NCBI RefSeq assembly: GCF_009914755.1
Contig: NC_060939.1
Strand: one strand, 5' to 3'
DNA: 64,000 nucleotides
Source of the DNA: the human T2T-CHM13v2.0 reference genome, Homo sapiens
In this document: positions 15,490 to 26,335 of the stretch, piece after piece
How the letters are laid out: every line of letters starts with the position of its first letter
Position numbering within the stretch: the first letter of the stretch is position 1
The notes under the pieces: generated by a model
What the model was told of the DNA's origin: nothing
Database searches by the model: none
The model's input: only the letters and a program-made list of their open reading frames with translations
Program-made: the position numbers and the translations under genes

Positions 15490-16905
15490 CTAGTAATTAA
15501 GTTGGCTTCATAAATTCAATGCCATTTCAATAAAAATCCCAACAACATTTATTGCAAAACATGACTAGGTGATTCTATCATATAATTACAACAGCAGGCC
15601 AGTCATAGTGGCTCACACCTGTAATCCCAGCACTTTGGGAGGCTGAGGCAGGCAGATCACTCAAGGCCAGGAGTTCAAGGCAAGCCTGGCCAAAGCAGTG
15701 AAACACCATCTCTACTAAAAATACAAAAATTCGCCGTGCATGGTGGTGCATGCCTGTAGTCGCAGGTATGCGGCAGGCTGAGGCACAAGAATCACTTGAA
15801 CCCAGGAGGCAGAGGTTGCAGTGAGCCGATATTGTGCCACTGCACTCCAGCCTGGGTGACAGAGCAAGACTCTGAGGAAAGGAAGGGAGGGAGGGAGGGA
15901 GAGGGGAGGGGAGGGGAGGGGAGGGGAGAGGAAGAAGGAAGGAAGGAAGGAAGGAAGGAAACAGCAAAGGGTCAAGTACAGCCAAGAGAATTCTGAAGAA
16001 CAATTCAAGTGGACTGGTAACTTGGCCTATCAGATACCAAGATTTATCACAAAACTTTAGTCAGTGTGCTGTTGGCATAGGGATAGAGAATCTGTCCTGT
16101 TGGAACAGAATAGGGCACTCAGGAAGAGTCACAGGAATATAAATACATGAAAAATATATGAAACCTGATACATGACAGAATTAGCAATGCAGATCAGTGG
16201 AGAAAAAATTCAATAGATGAGACTGGGAAAATTTGTTATTAATGTGAGAAAAAACAAAATTGGATCCCTATCCACATGATACCTGGAGATAAATTCTGGG
16301 TGGATTAAAGTCCTATTAGTAAGAAATAAATCTTTAAAAATTTTATAAGAATGTATAGGAAGATATTTTATAACTTTGGGGGAGTGAAAAGGAAGACTCC
16401 CCAAAACACAAACCATAAAGGAGAATGATAAATTAGATTATATTGAAATTATGCATTAAAACCATTAGAACTGGTAAGGATTCACATCGAGAATACATAA
16501 AGAATTCCTACAAAACAATATGAAAAAGACAAATTAAACAGGAAAATGGAAAGGGGTTTGAATAGGTAATTCATGGAAGAGGAAGCCCAAATGATAAATA
16601 TACTTAAAAACATCAACTGTCTAACTAAAAATCAAAGAAATGCAAAACTATGATAAATGTTCCTTTCACACCCCATAGTTAAACAAAACTTTAAAAGTCT
16701 GCCCAAGATATAGAGAAAAAAGCAACTATTATACACTGGTAGTGGGAGTGTGAATTAACACAACTCCTTTGGAGAATGGTTTGGCAATACCTAGGAAAGT
16801 TGAAGGTGCACAAACCCAGTGGCCCAACAATTTAACTACTGGGTATGTATCTTGGAGGCTTAGAGAATCTTTAATGCAGGTGTGCAAGGAGACTTGTACA
16901 AAATT
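15490..16905 (+). mobile_element. Old L1M 3' ORF2 fragment interrupted by an Alu
   Basis: Degenerate L1 ORF2 3'-end sequence (aaattcaatgccatttc..., tttggagaatggtttggcaatac). Confidence 0.7.
15597..15872 (+). mobile_element. Alu (S-like), intron 13, tail replaced by a polypurine repeat
   Basis: Dimeric Alu followed by (GGAGG)n/(GGAA)n to 15961. Confidence 0.9.
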
Positions 16906-16959
16906 GTTCATGCAAATAATATCATATTTTTCTTAAGGATATATATGTGAAAATATTGT

Positions 16960-17459
16960 GAACTGGAAAACCTAGAAGAAACAGATAAATTCCTGGACAC
17001 ATTCAACCTACCAAGATTGAACCATGAAGAAACAGAAAAGCTGAACAGAACAATAACAAGCAATGAGATGAAGCAGTAATAAAATATCACCCATCAAAGA
17101 AAAGTCAAGGACCTGATGGCTTCACTGCTGAATTCCACCAAACATTTAAAGAACTAATACCAATTCTACTCAAACTATTCCAAAAAATTGAAGAGGAGGG
17201 AATACTTCCAAAGTCATTATCCAAGGCCAGAACTACATTGATACAAAAGCCAGATAAGGACACAAACAAAAAAAGAAAGCTACAGGCCAAGATCCCTGAT
17301 GAACATAAATGCAAAAGTTCTCGACAAAATACTATCATACGAAATTCAGCAACACATCAAAAAGATTATTCACCATTGATCAAGTGGAATTCATCCCAGG
17401 AACGCAAGGATGGTTCAACATACACAAATCAATAAATGTGATACATCACATCAACAGAT
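16960..17459 (+). mobile_element. L1 ORF2 fragment (pre-RT/RT N-terminus), degraded
   Basis: Translates to [24 protein letters not shown] and [18 protein letters not shown]. Confidence 0.9.
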
Positions 17460-18277
17460 ATAGTTGGGATCAGTGCCCTGGTTACATAATCAAAAATGCC
17501 TTCCCAAGTCTCACCTCATTCTTACCTCTCCTAGGACCTTTGTTAGCTATTTTGTTATTACTAATCTTTGGCCCTTGTTTGATTAACCTCTTAGTAAAGT
17601 TTGTGTCTTTTAGATTACAATAGTTCCAGGTAAAGACAATGCTGGCACAAGGCTTCCAATCCATCCTGCCTACTGACCAGGAGAATTAAAATGTTCTGCC
17701 TATGGGCCCCTTAGATCAGGTATCCAGAGATTTTTACTCCTCTGTTGCTTGGCCAGGGCCTACGCCCATAACATAAGCAGGAAGCAGTTACAGAAGACAG
17801 ATTTCTACCCTTCTGCAGCCCTGTTAAGATTAAGGAGGAGTGTCTAATCTCTGAGACAGGAATGAGGTAGGAGGCAGGGCTTGACTCGAACTAGATTGGA
17901 GACTGGCTGAAACAGGGAAGGGCTGAAAGCACCTCTCTGTAAGGCATGCTCACCAGTATCATGACAGTTTACTCATTCCCTGGCAACAACCTGGAAGTTA
18001 CGACCTTTTTCTAGAAATTTCTGAATAATCTACTCCTTAATTTGCATGTAATTAAAAATGGGTATAAATGTGACTGTGGAACTGTCCCTGAGCTGCTGCT
18101 CTGGACACACTGCTGATGGGTGGCCCTGCTCTGCAGGAGCAGTCACAGAGCTGTAACACTGTGCCCTTGATAAAGCTATTTTTTCTACCACCAGCTAACA
18201 CTTGAATTTCTTCCTGGGGGACACCAAGAATCTCCATGGGTGGAACCCCAGTTTTGAGGCTCCCTTGCCCTGCAACA
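17460..18277 (+). mobile_element. ERV1 3' remnant: env TM fragment (17460-17862) plus MER50-like LTR (17863-18277)
   Basis: [34 protein letters not shown] is a gammaretroviral TM/CT signature; LTR TGAGGTAGGAGGC...TGCAACA follows a degenerate PPT. Confidence 0.8.
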
Positions 18278-18974
18278 TGATGATAAACCTAAATTCAGGA
18301 TGTTGTTTGCCCCTGGGGCAGGAGTGAAATGAGACTGGGGAGGGTATACAAAGGGCTTTAACTGTATCTGTAACATTTCATTTCATAGGCTGGTTGGTAA
18401 GTTCATGCATATTCATTATGTCATTATGCTTTATTCAATGTCTTAGGTGTGAAGATTTTCATAATAAATAATAAAGATTGAGATTTGCATAATGAATATG
18501 TATAGCTAATAACAAATAAGGATGGTAGTTTCTAAGCAGTGTTGTACTTAACCGGTAAGAATAATATTTAAAGAAAAAAGTTGAAGGCAAATTCATTTTT
18601 GGTTAGTTTACACGATAATCATTCTTTTCAAATTCCTTCTATATAAATTTATTTTTATACCCATTAACGAATTTTTCTTCCTCCCCTCCCATGATAATCA
18701 TACTTGATTAAACCCCTGACCCAAAGATAAAGATGAGTCCTTCTGCTACTAATATATTCCATACTTTGTCTTTTCATTGTTTCAAACGCTTTTGAAGCTT
18801 TGTTCAGATAGTTATGTGTGGTAAAACAACAGCGTGAAAAAATAGCTGATTTTAATAATTGTATCTGTGTAAAGTTCAGCAGTTAACTTACTAAGCTTTC
18901 TCTCAAGCAGCATTGTAATTTTTTTAAAAAATGTATGTTTAGTTTTGTCTTGATGCTGTTAGAATACTAAAGAA

Positions 18975-19190
18975 ATATAATAGCTGACATTTAATGCTTA
19001 TTCTATGGTGAGGTATCACTGAGTATTCAGAACAGCTCTATGACTTAAGAACTATTCTTATCCCCATTGTACAGATCAGAAAATGGAGACACAGAGAGGT
19101 TAAGTAACTTGCCTAAGGACACACAGCTAGTAAGAGGTACTGGTGTTAGAACCCAGGCAATCTGGTTACAGAGTTTGTGCTTTTAACAGC
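18975..19190 (-). mobile_element. MIR
   Basis: cccattgtacagat...gagacacagagaggttaagtaacttgcctaagg MIR core. Confidence 0.8.
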
Positions 19191-19424
19191 ACCCTGAAGA
19201 TGAAGAAGAACAGTAAATTTCATATTGCAGGATAAATAAAAACGGTTCTAGCAATCTTACCCATTCAAAACAAAAGCTTTGTTTGCTTAACTGACTTTGA
19301 CATCGACTCATTCCCAGCTTTTGGGAGATCCAGAAATTTCTGTTTTACAGCAATTAATTAAAGAATCTGCTAACTCAGAAAGGCAGCATTCCAAAGTGAG
19401 GCAGACACTAAAACACTGGCTCTT

Positions 19425-19745
19425 CCACGCTGCAAGAAATACGCACGCGCATGTCAGCCGCTTGGGAGCCCTGCCTTCGCCCCCGCGGTGCACACACGCG
19501 TCTCCCCCACGTGCGCAGGCGCCCTACCTGGCCGTGCAGCATGGTCTCCAGCACTAGCGCCCACAGGTCCACAAAGGTCGTGGGGTGGCCCTGCTCAGCC
19601 CGCAGCTCCAGCTCCCGGCGGTAGCTCGCCAGGCGCTCTGGGGAAAAGACCTCCAGCTTGCTCTTGGCCAGGTGCTCCCGGGCGTATCTGATAGGTCCCT
19701 CCAGGTCCCTCTGCGACCACTCAGGGTCCCCGTACAGGTGGGCCA
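19425..19745. promoter_or_regulatory. Intragenic CpG-rich patch over exon 13 and the start of intron 13, with NRF1-like and E-box motifs
   Basis: Dense CpG; CACGTG 19508-19513; TGCGCAGGCGC 19512-19522; ACGCACGCGCATG ~19441-19453. Confidence 0.5.
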
Positions 19746-19750
19746 TTGTC
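19528..19750 (-). CDS. PLA2G4D: PLA2G4D exon 13 (TMAHLYGDPEWS...ETMLHGQ)
   Basis: ttccag|G and CAG|GTAGGG; 223 nt; ORF 19408..19842. Confidence 0.97.
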
Positions 19751-19909
19751 CTGGAAGAACGAGGGGACAGAACAGTAGGAGCCCGAGGCCCAGCATGGGG
19801 CGCTGCAACTCCTGCTTCCCACTCGGCAGCTTCTCCTGACACGTGGCTCCTGCCACCAAGGCTCTGCCGATCTGGTAAATGGGTCTCAGGGCTTTCTCTC
19901 CTTCTAGAT

Positions 19910-20220
19910 CAGCGCTGTCCAATATTAATACGATGTGAGCCACACACGGAATTTTAAATTTCCTAGTAACCACATTAAAAAGATATACAAGCCTGTACAA
20001 ATTAATTTTAATATTTTATTTAATTCGCTATATTCAAAAATATCATTTCAACAAGTAGTAAATACAGTTATTGATGTAATTTCTATTTTTTTCAAACTAA
20101 GTCTTCCAAATTCACTGTGTATTTATAACACATCTCAATGTGGACTGGCTGCATTTCAAATGGTCAATAAACAATGTGGCTAGTGGCTACCATAGTGGCT
20201 TACTGTACTGGACAGCCCAG
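19910..20220. mobile_element. MER33-like hAT-Charlie MITE
   Basis: TIRs CAGCGCTGTCCAA / CTGGACAGCCCAG; 8-bp TSD TTCTAGAT/TTCTGGAC. Confidence 0.8.
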
Positions 20221-20987
20221 TTCTGGACCCCACTCCCATCTTCACGGTCCTGTCCTGAAGCCTTTTCACACTCTGCTTGTCAACAGCTGTCACCTAAACT
20301 CCTCTGAGGCGTTTCCTCTTCTTTTACTCCTCAAAGTCGCATTTCAATAAGACTCAAAGGAATGAATCTCTAACAGCGGGATGCTGCACCTCGTCATGCT
20401 GCAGGGTGAGGGCGTAGGGAGGTAATGCTAGCTTTAGGTAAAAATAGTATCTCGACCTCAATGTCTACACAGTCTTAAATGGACAATAAGGGAATCTACC
20501 TCGAGTGTGGTGAAGATTAAATGCAATAATAACAATGAAAGATAAAAAGAGCTACCAATTAGGAATTCCTGGCTGTGCTGGGCATTAAGTTAAGTGCTTT
20601 ACTTGGGTGATCCCCACACCCCAGTCCCACGCGGTGTGTGCTAGGATTGTCCGTTTGGAGCTGCATCAACTGAGAATCAGAGGAGATAAGTTGCTCAGTG
20701 TCAGCCAGCCAGTAAGTGGTGCTGCCAGGACTCAAATCCAGCTGCATCTGAGTCAGCTACCTCACAGCCTTTCAGTAACATCTGGAATGCACCTCCTGCG
20801 CCGCCTCGCTCACGGCAGGGCTTCTGTAAACGTCTGTTTCCTTCCTTGTGGGAAAGCTGCTTGGCGCCCATCAGATCACAATGATCACACCTACTTGGCC
20901 TCCCCACACAAAGTGTCCCTCTGGTGCCCACTCTGCCCCGCTATGGCCCCTGATTGTCTCTGCCACCCAGTCCCCCAGGATCCTCAC

Positions 20988-21124
20988 CACGTAGAGCCAG
21001 AGATGCCACTGAAGTAGGTCACACAGTCTAGGAGGCCCAGCTTCTGCAAGGCCAATAGGTGGCCGTAGAGTGAGGTCATGGCCCGGGCACCTCCTCCTGT
21101 GGCCATGATGCCCACAACGGGTAC
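20988..21124 (-). CDS. PLA2G4D: PLA2G4D exon 12 ([16 protein letters not shown]...SGISGST) with the GGGxR oxyanion motif and catalytic Ser361 (codon 20999-21001)
   Basis: ccag|GTA and TG|GTGAGG; 137 nt; GxSGS lipase motif. Confidence 0.97.
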
Positions 21125-21469
21125 CTGGACCACACACAGACAGGCTGGATTAACAAGGAAAGGGGCCAGCTGCCTCCTGTCTCACCCAGGGCCCTGCCCC
21201 GCTCCTTGTCTCCAGGGAAGGGACCGCATAGTTGGGTCCTGATAGAGTCAGGGTTAGAGCTGGGTCCAGCCCTCCTCTGGAAGCAATGGCTCTCAGCTCA
21301 GGATGGAGCTCCCAAGGGAGTTAGAACCACAAAGCCCACTCACGCTCCCATGTCTCCACACACATGCCCACTCTCCACTGACTGGAGTTTCTGGAGAGGC
21401 ATAGGAATCAGGTACTCCCTTATGGCCCGTCCAGGATATCTGCACACACATCCCTCTGCACCCCCAGAC

Positions 21470-21605
21470 CTCATCCTCCTGCAGGTCTCTGTCCAGCTGC
21501 AGGGCCTGCTTCAGGGCCTTGGCCACCACCTGCTTCCTCCTGCTCAGGAAGGCCTGCTCCTCTGCACAGAGATTGAAGCCCAGGTGCACGGCCAGCTCCT
21601 CACGG
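21470..21605 (-). CDS. PLA2G4D: PLA2G4D exon 11 ([13 protein letters not shown]...LQEDE)
   Basis: cacag|C and GAG|GTCTGG; 136 nt; ORF 21293..21646. Confidence 0.96.
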
Positions 21606-21787
21606 CTGTGGCAATGGAGGATCCAGGGGTCAGGGGACACCTGCATAGCTCAGCCACTGGCTGGCCAAGCCCACAATGAGCTGCCAAAGAAGCCCTCTCC
21701 TCCAATCTCAAGGACCACCTTTGTCCATAGCCCTCCCCTCCTGCATGCCCGCCTCTCACTGTCCCCACAGATGTGAATGTCCCTTAC

Positions 21788-21825
21788 CAGCCCTCTGCCT
21801 TGAGCTGCAGCCTCACTCCTGGGGC
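21788..21825 (-). CDS. PLA2G4D: PLA2G4D exon 10 (APGVRLQLKAEG)
   Basis: tttcag|GCC and TG|GTAAGG; 38 nt. Confidence 0.94.
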
Positions 21826-21915
21826 CTGAAATCAAAGCCAGAGACTCTGCTCAGACCCTCCTAGACCCTAAGCGGCACATGGGTATCCCTGGGGACTTGG
21901 TCCCCTTCATCTTCA

Positions 21916-22221
21916 TTCTTTTTTTTTTTTTTTTTTTTTGAGACAGAGTTTCACTCTTGTTGCTCAGGCTGGAGTGCAATGGTGCGATCTTGGCTCAATG
22001 CAACCTCCGCCTCCTGGGTTCAGGTGATTCTCCTGCCTCAGCCTCCTGAGTAGCTGGGATTACAGGTGTGCGCCACCACACCCGGCTAATTTTTGCATTT
22101 TTAGTAGAGATGGGGTTTTGCCATGTTGGCCAGGCTGTTCTCAAACTCCTGACTTCAGGTGATCCGCCTGCCTTGGCCTCCCAAAGTGCTGGGATTACAG
22201 GCTTGAGCCACAGAGCCCAGC
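21916..22221 (-). mobile_element. Alu (S-like), intron 9
   Basis: Reverse-complement Alu with long T tract. Confidence 0.93.
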
Positions 22222-22269
22222 CTTATCTTCATTCTTACTGGCATTTCCCATCCAGTTGAGGCCACTTAC

Positions 22270-22380
22270 ATTTGGAGCAGGAACATCCATAGTCACCTCC
22301 TTCCCAATGGTCAAGGGCCTCAGGGGCACAGTGAGGTACCCAGCTGAGTTGTCCCCATTCCAGCCATTGCTTCTGGAGCT
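22270..22380 (-). CDS. PLA2G4D: PLA2G4D exon 9 (SSRSNGWNGD...DVPAPN)
   Basis: cccttcag|AGC and AAT|GTAAGT; 111 nt. Confidence 0.96.
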
Positions 22381-22394
22381 CTGAAGGGAAAGCA

Positions 22395-22990
22395 TCATTC
22401 ATTCATTCATTCATTCATTCAACAAATCCCTACTAAGTATCTAGACTACAATCCAGACAGACACATTCTCCCTGATAATACAGAATATTATAATATTGAT
22501 AAGTATCATAATTATAATTATAAAATTATAAGAGCTAATATTTATGTAGTACGAAGGCATTGTTCTCACGGAATAGCATGTATAAATTTATAAAGACATG
22601 GGTAATGAACTGATGTTAGTAAGTGTTGTGAAGGAAATAAGTGGTGTGATATGACAGTTTCTAATGCAACCAAAGGTGGAGTGCGTGGGGTTTATTTGAG
22701 GTGGGGGTCAAGGAGGACCCTCTGAAGAGCCACCATTTGAGCTAAGATGTTGAGGAGGAGGAGGAGGAGGCAGCCTTGGAGGAAGCCAGCTGGGGACAGG
22801 AGAGCACTTGGCATATTGGAAATGAGAGAGGAGACAAGGATGGCTGAGGCATCGTGCATGGGGGGAGTGTGGAACAAAATGAGGCGGCAGAGGTGGACGG
22901 GTGCCAGGCTGTGCAGGGCCATGTGGGCACAGATGTCATGTCTTATTCTAAGGGTATCACTGGAGGGGCCGCTGGAGGATTCAGAGACTG
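22395..22990 (-). mobile_element. L2 3' end with (CATT)n tail
   Basis: cattcattcattcattcaacaaat followed by L2-like purine-rich sequence. Confidence 0.7.
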
Positions 22991-23188
22991 ATATGGTGCA
23001 GCAGCCCCATGCCCGCTCTGGCCACTGGTGGTCCTCTGTGTCTGCCAAGAGTGAGGTGCCTAACTAGGGGAGGCTGACAAGGCCACAGGGGCCTTGGCCC
23101 TGGTGGGCAGGGAAGGCAGGGAGGGGCCCGCTGCAGCTGGAGCTGCCCAAGCCTAGGATTGCAAACGAGGTCTAGAGCCAAGACCCAC

Positions 23189-23325
23189 CCTCAGGCGCCC
23201 GCTCAGCTCTGTCTCTAGGGCTGCCATGTAGTGGAAGCGGAAGGCAGAGGCTGTGCCCAGGAAGGATGTCTGTGTGTCCTCATAGGACCCCTTCAGCACC
23301 AGCTCCAGCTCCAGCTTGTCCTGAT
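23189..23325 (-). CDS. PLA2G4D: PLA2G4D exon 8 (QDKLELELVLKGSYE...SGRLR)
   Basis: ccctag|AT and AGG|GTGGGT; 137 nt; ORF 23153..23404. Confidence 0.96.
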
Positions 23326-23706
23326 CTAGGGAGAGAGTAGGCGGGTTAGCATGAGAACAAGAGCCCGGAACCCCAGCTCGGACCTGGGACAGCAGCACCA
23401 CCACCTGGATTCAGAGGATGCCTGGGAGGCTGGGCCATCGTCAACAGCATTCTGAAAAGGGCCCTTCCCAGCCCAAGGGGCCCCACAACCCCCCATCCCG
23501 GACTCCTGCCTTCTGCAACATGCTCTCCCCCAGGTCAGGGGACCCTCCTGCCCAGCGGAGATGCGTGGCCCTCTGTGCCATGTGGGTGAGAAGAGAGAGG
23601 CAAGCTCTACCCTGCTGCTGGCCTCCTGCCCTGCGCAGGCTTCCCAGCAATCCTCCTCACCCCCACATCCAGGCAGAGTCCAGGCCTGGTTCTAAGCTGG
23701 TCTCAC

Positions 23707-23770
23707 CTGCAACCACAGCGGTGCTCCCTGTGCTGTCCAGATGCACATCCAGGCATGACAGCTCTCGGGC
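23707..23770 (-). CDS. PLA2G4D: PLA2G4D exon 7 (ARELSCLDVHLDSTGSTAVVA)
   Basis: ttccccag|GCC and G|GTGAGA; 64 nt. Confidence 0.94.
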
Positions 23771-24545
23771 CTGGGGAAGACCACATCATGGGCAGGGGCC
23801 TCTGCAGGGTAAGCTGAGGTCCCCTTAACCTCAACCCTCTGAGACCCACTGTCCCAAATCCACCACACACACAAGGAGTTGTGTGGGCTCAGGATGGGAT
23901 TGGCTGCAGAGGCCCTTCATCCCATTGCCGATCCTCTGCCGCGGCTGAACCTGATATTCCGCAGCAGCCAGGAGGGCCCTGGCTCCACACCTCCCCTCCA
24001 GCTCTCCTGGCTTTGCCAAACTCCCGAAACCTCCTAGAGCGCCCAGCCCTCAGACACAGCTGTTTCTTCTCTTGTTTCCCTGTGGCTTGGAGCTGGAGGA
24101 GGTATTCTACCACAACTCCAAATAATCTAAGCAAGCCGCCCATCCATAGGAGGGTAGACGGGGCGTCGGACAAACCCTCAGAACGTCTCCTGGCTGTCCT
24201 CTGTGGCCTAACTGGGGGACAATGACAAGGCCAGGCCCCCGTGACCTTGCCAAGGGAGCCTCTGCATGCTGTCTGTGAAGCATACCAGCAGATGCCCGCC
24301 ACCCACGCTCCACACAATCACTGAATTTGCCCACCTGCTGTGTGTCTCCATCACCTCCTAAGAGGCAGTGCCATCGGCTTGACTTTATTTTCATGTGTAT
24401 TTTTAAAAGTAATACCCGTCCATCAAACAGCCCCTAGGAGCTTAAATGCTGGGCTCTAGGTGCCTTCGCCCGTGACCCTGGACCCGCCTGCTCCCAGGTC
24501 TGTGCTGCTGGTCTGGGTCACTGTGATAATCGAGCGCGTCGCCCG

Positions 24546-24579
24546 CTCGCCACCTTGCGGCCATTTCTGTCCACTGCAG
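24546..24579 (-). promoter_or_regulatory. CTCF site, core plus upstream module, in intron 6
   Basis: Minus strand CTGCAGT-GGACAGAAA-TGGCCGCAAGGTGGCGAG matches the extended consensus CTGCAGT-N9-YRGCCASYAGRKGGCRS closely. Confidence 0.7.
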
Positions 24580-25086
24580 CTTCGTGAGCCCGTGGTCAGG
24601 AGCGCTGACCAGGACTCTCCCCAGTCCCAAGGAGGAGCTAGCTGCCTGAGCCTCTGATCCTCCTAGGTTGGCAGTACACCGCCCTGGGAACTCCCTCTGA
24701 GCCTCGGTGACCTCAACGTGAACAACCGGAAGGTGGGCCTGGCCTACCTGATTTCTTCACCGCTTCCCAGGGAAGCACTCAGTCAATCCCTAGAACTATG
24801 AGTTCACCGCAGGTGACTAAACACCTTCCGGAAGCACCCCGAACAGCCGTGGGCCAGAACCTCCTCTCAGCAGAGCCCTGCCTCCCCTCTCTCTATGCGC
24901 CCCTTAGCTCCAGGCCCCTCCAAGACCCACAGCCACAGGTGACCACCTGGCTGGAAGGCTAGGGGTGGTTTTACCACGAAGCCCTGCCCCTTCCTTGTCC
25001 CTGCTGGTCCACACCCCAGGCAGCTGCCCTCCCTCCCCAAGCGTCTGCTCTGGGGCCCCTCCCCTAAGCCTGGGGAAGGTGCTTAC

Positions 25087-25129
25087 CACAATGACTTTGT
25101 TGGTGATGAGGTTTTCTGGGCGATCTGAC
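25087..25129 (-). CDS. PLA2G4D: PLA2G4D exon 6 (SDRPENLITNKVIV)
   Basis: tttttccag|G and GTG|GTAAGC; 43 nt. Confidence 0.94.
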
Positions 25130-25481
25130 CTGGAAAAATCAAACCATGCAAAGGCAAACGCTTCCTGCATTGACCTCCCGCTCCCGCCCATGTGGGGTCT
25201 CCCTGGGTGATGCTGAGGGCTCTGTAAGTCCTGGATTCGGTTCAGGGACAAGGGGAGATGCTTTGCAGGAGGAGAGGGGAGGGGAGAGAGCAGAGAGAGA
25301 AAACATCGGCCTTCCTCTCTGTGTTTCCCTAAGAGAAGCCCCGCCCCACTCCCGACCTCTCTGGCAGGGGTAGGAGATGAGGGACAGTCAGGCTGGACTG
25401 ACCACAGGGAGATCTGGGTCAGGGCCATTTCCTCAGAGCCTGAGTCCTGAGACACTCCCTGGGCTGTGTGACATTACTCAC

Positions 25482-25522
25482 GTTTCTTCCATCAGGAACT
25501 CCACATCCAGCTCCTCCTCTCC
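25482..25522 (-). CDS. PLA2G4D: PLA2G4D exon 5 (GEEELDVEFLMEE)
   Basis: tttcag|GGA and AC|GTGAGT; 41 nt. Confidence 0.94.
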
Positions 25523-26203
25523 CTGAAATCAGAGAGGATGAGCAAGTCATCAGCACATACCTGTGTCTTCAGAGTTGACACAGTTCTTTTACAGGTGTCA
25601 TCTCATCCTCTCAAGCGGTCTCCAAGGGAGGCACGTTAGTACAATTATTTCCAATTTATGGATGAGGAAACTGAGGTATGGGGCCAGATGGGCTACCTGC
25701 CCACATTGCCCACAGCTAGTAAGTCTGCAGAGAACAGGTCTCCCTCCCTTGGAGGTCCCACAACTCTGGGCAAGACTGAAGGGGAAGACAAGGAGCACAG
25801 CCAAAGGAGGCATGATGTGCAGGACCCATATCTTTTTCTTGAGGAGGGCCCAGACCCCCGAACTCTGCCGTCCCCACCCCCAGGCTGCAGCAGGAAGGGA
25901 CGTGAGGCCTTCACAAAGCAGGCCTTGGCACCACCAGCAGGAGTGATGGATGCTGAGCTGTGTTTTGAGGGGTGGCCTTCCTGCCACAGGTGGCTAAAAT
26001 TCCTCCACTGGGTGATTCAGCCTGTAACTGTAAAGTGAAGCCTTTTCCTTGCTTATTAAAATGCAAATCTAAAAAGGGGTTTAGATTTTTCTGTGAATGA
26101 GTTCACCCCAGCAGCCTCCCAACAGGTGGGAGAAATAGCTACTTCCTCAGCTTGGAGTTGGAAGAAGTGGGGCCCACGGGGACTTCCCCACCCACCCACC
26201 CAC

Positions 26204-26335
26204 CTGGGGACTCTGGGAGAAGGTTTTCCGGAGCAGCTTGCCAGGGAGGACTTCTGAGATGTCATAGAGAACCTTGAAGCAGATGTCATCCTCCGTGACT
26301 GAGTCCTCATCATAGATGCTAAGCTCCAGAACATT
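26204..26335 (-). CDS. PLA2G4D: PLA2G4D exon 4 (NVLELSIYDEDSVTEDD...FSQSPQ)
   Basis: tag|AAT and CAG|GTGGGT; 132 nt; C2 acidic YDED loop. Confidence 0.96.

Noticed and set aside
17309-17623. Domesticated env or syncytin-like gene
   Set aside because: Only the TM tail remains, a stop follows immediately, and there is no signal peptide, SU or furin site.
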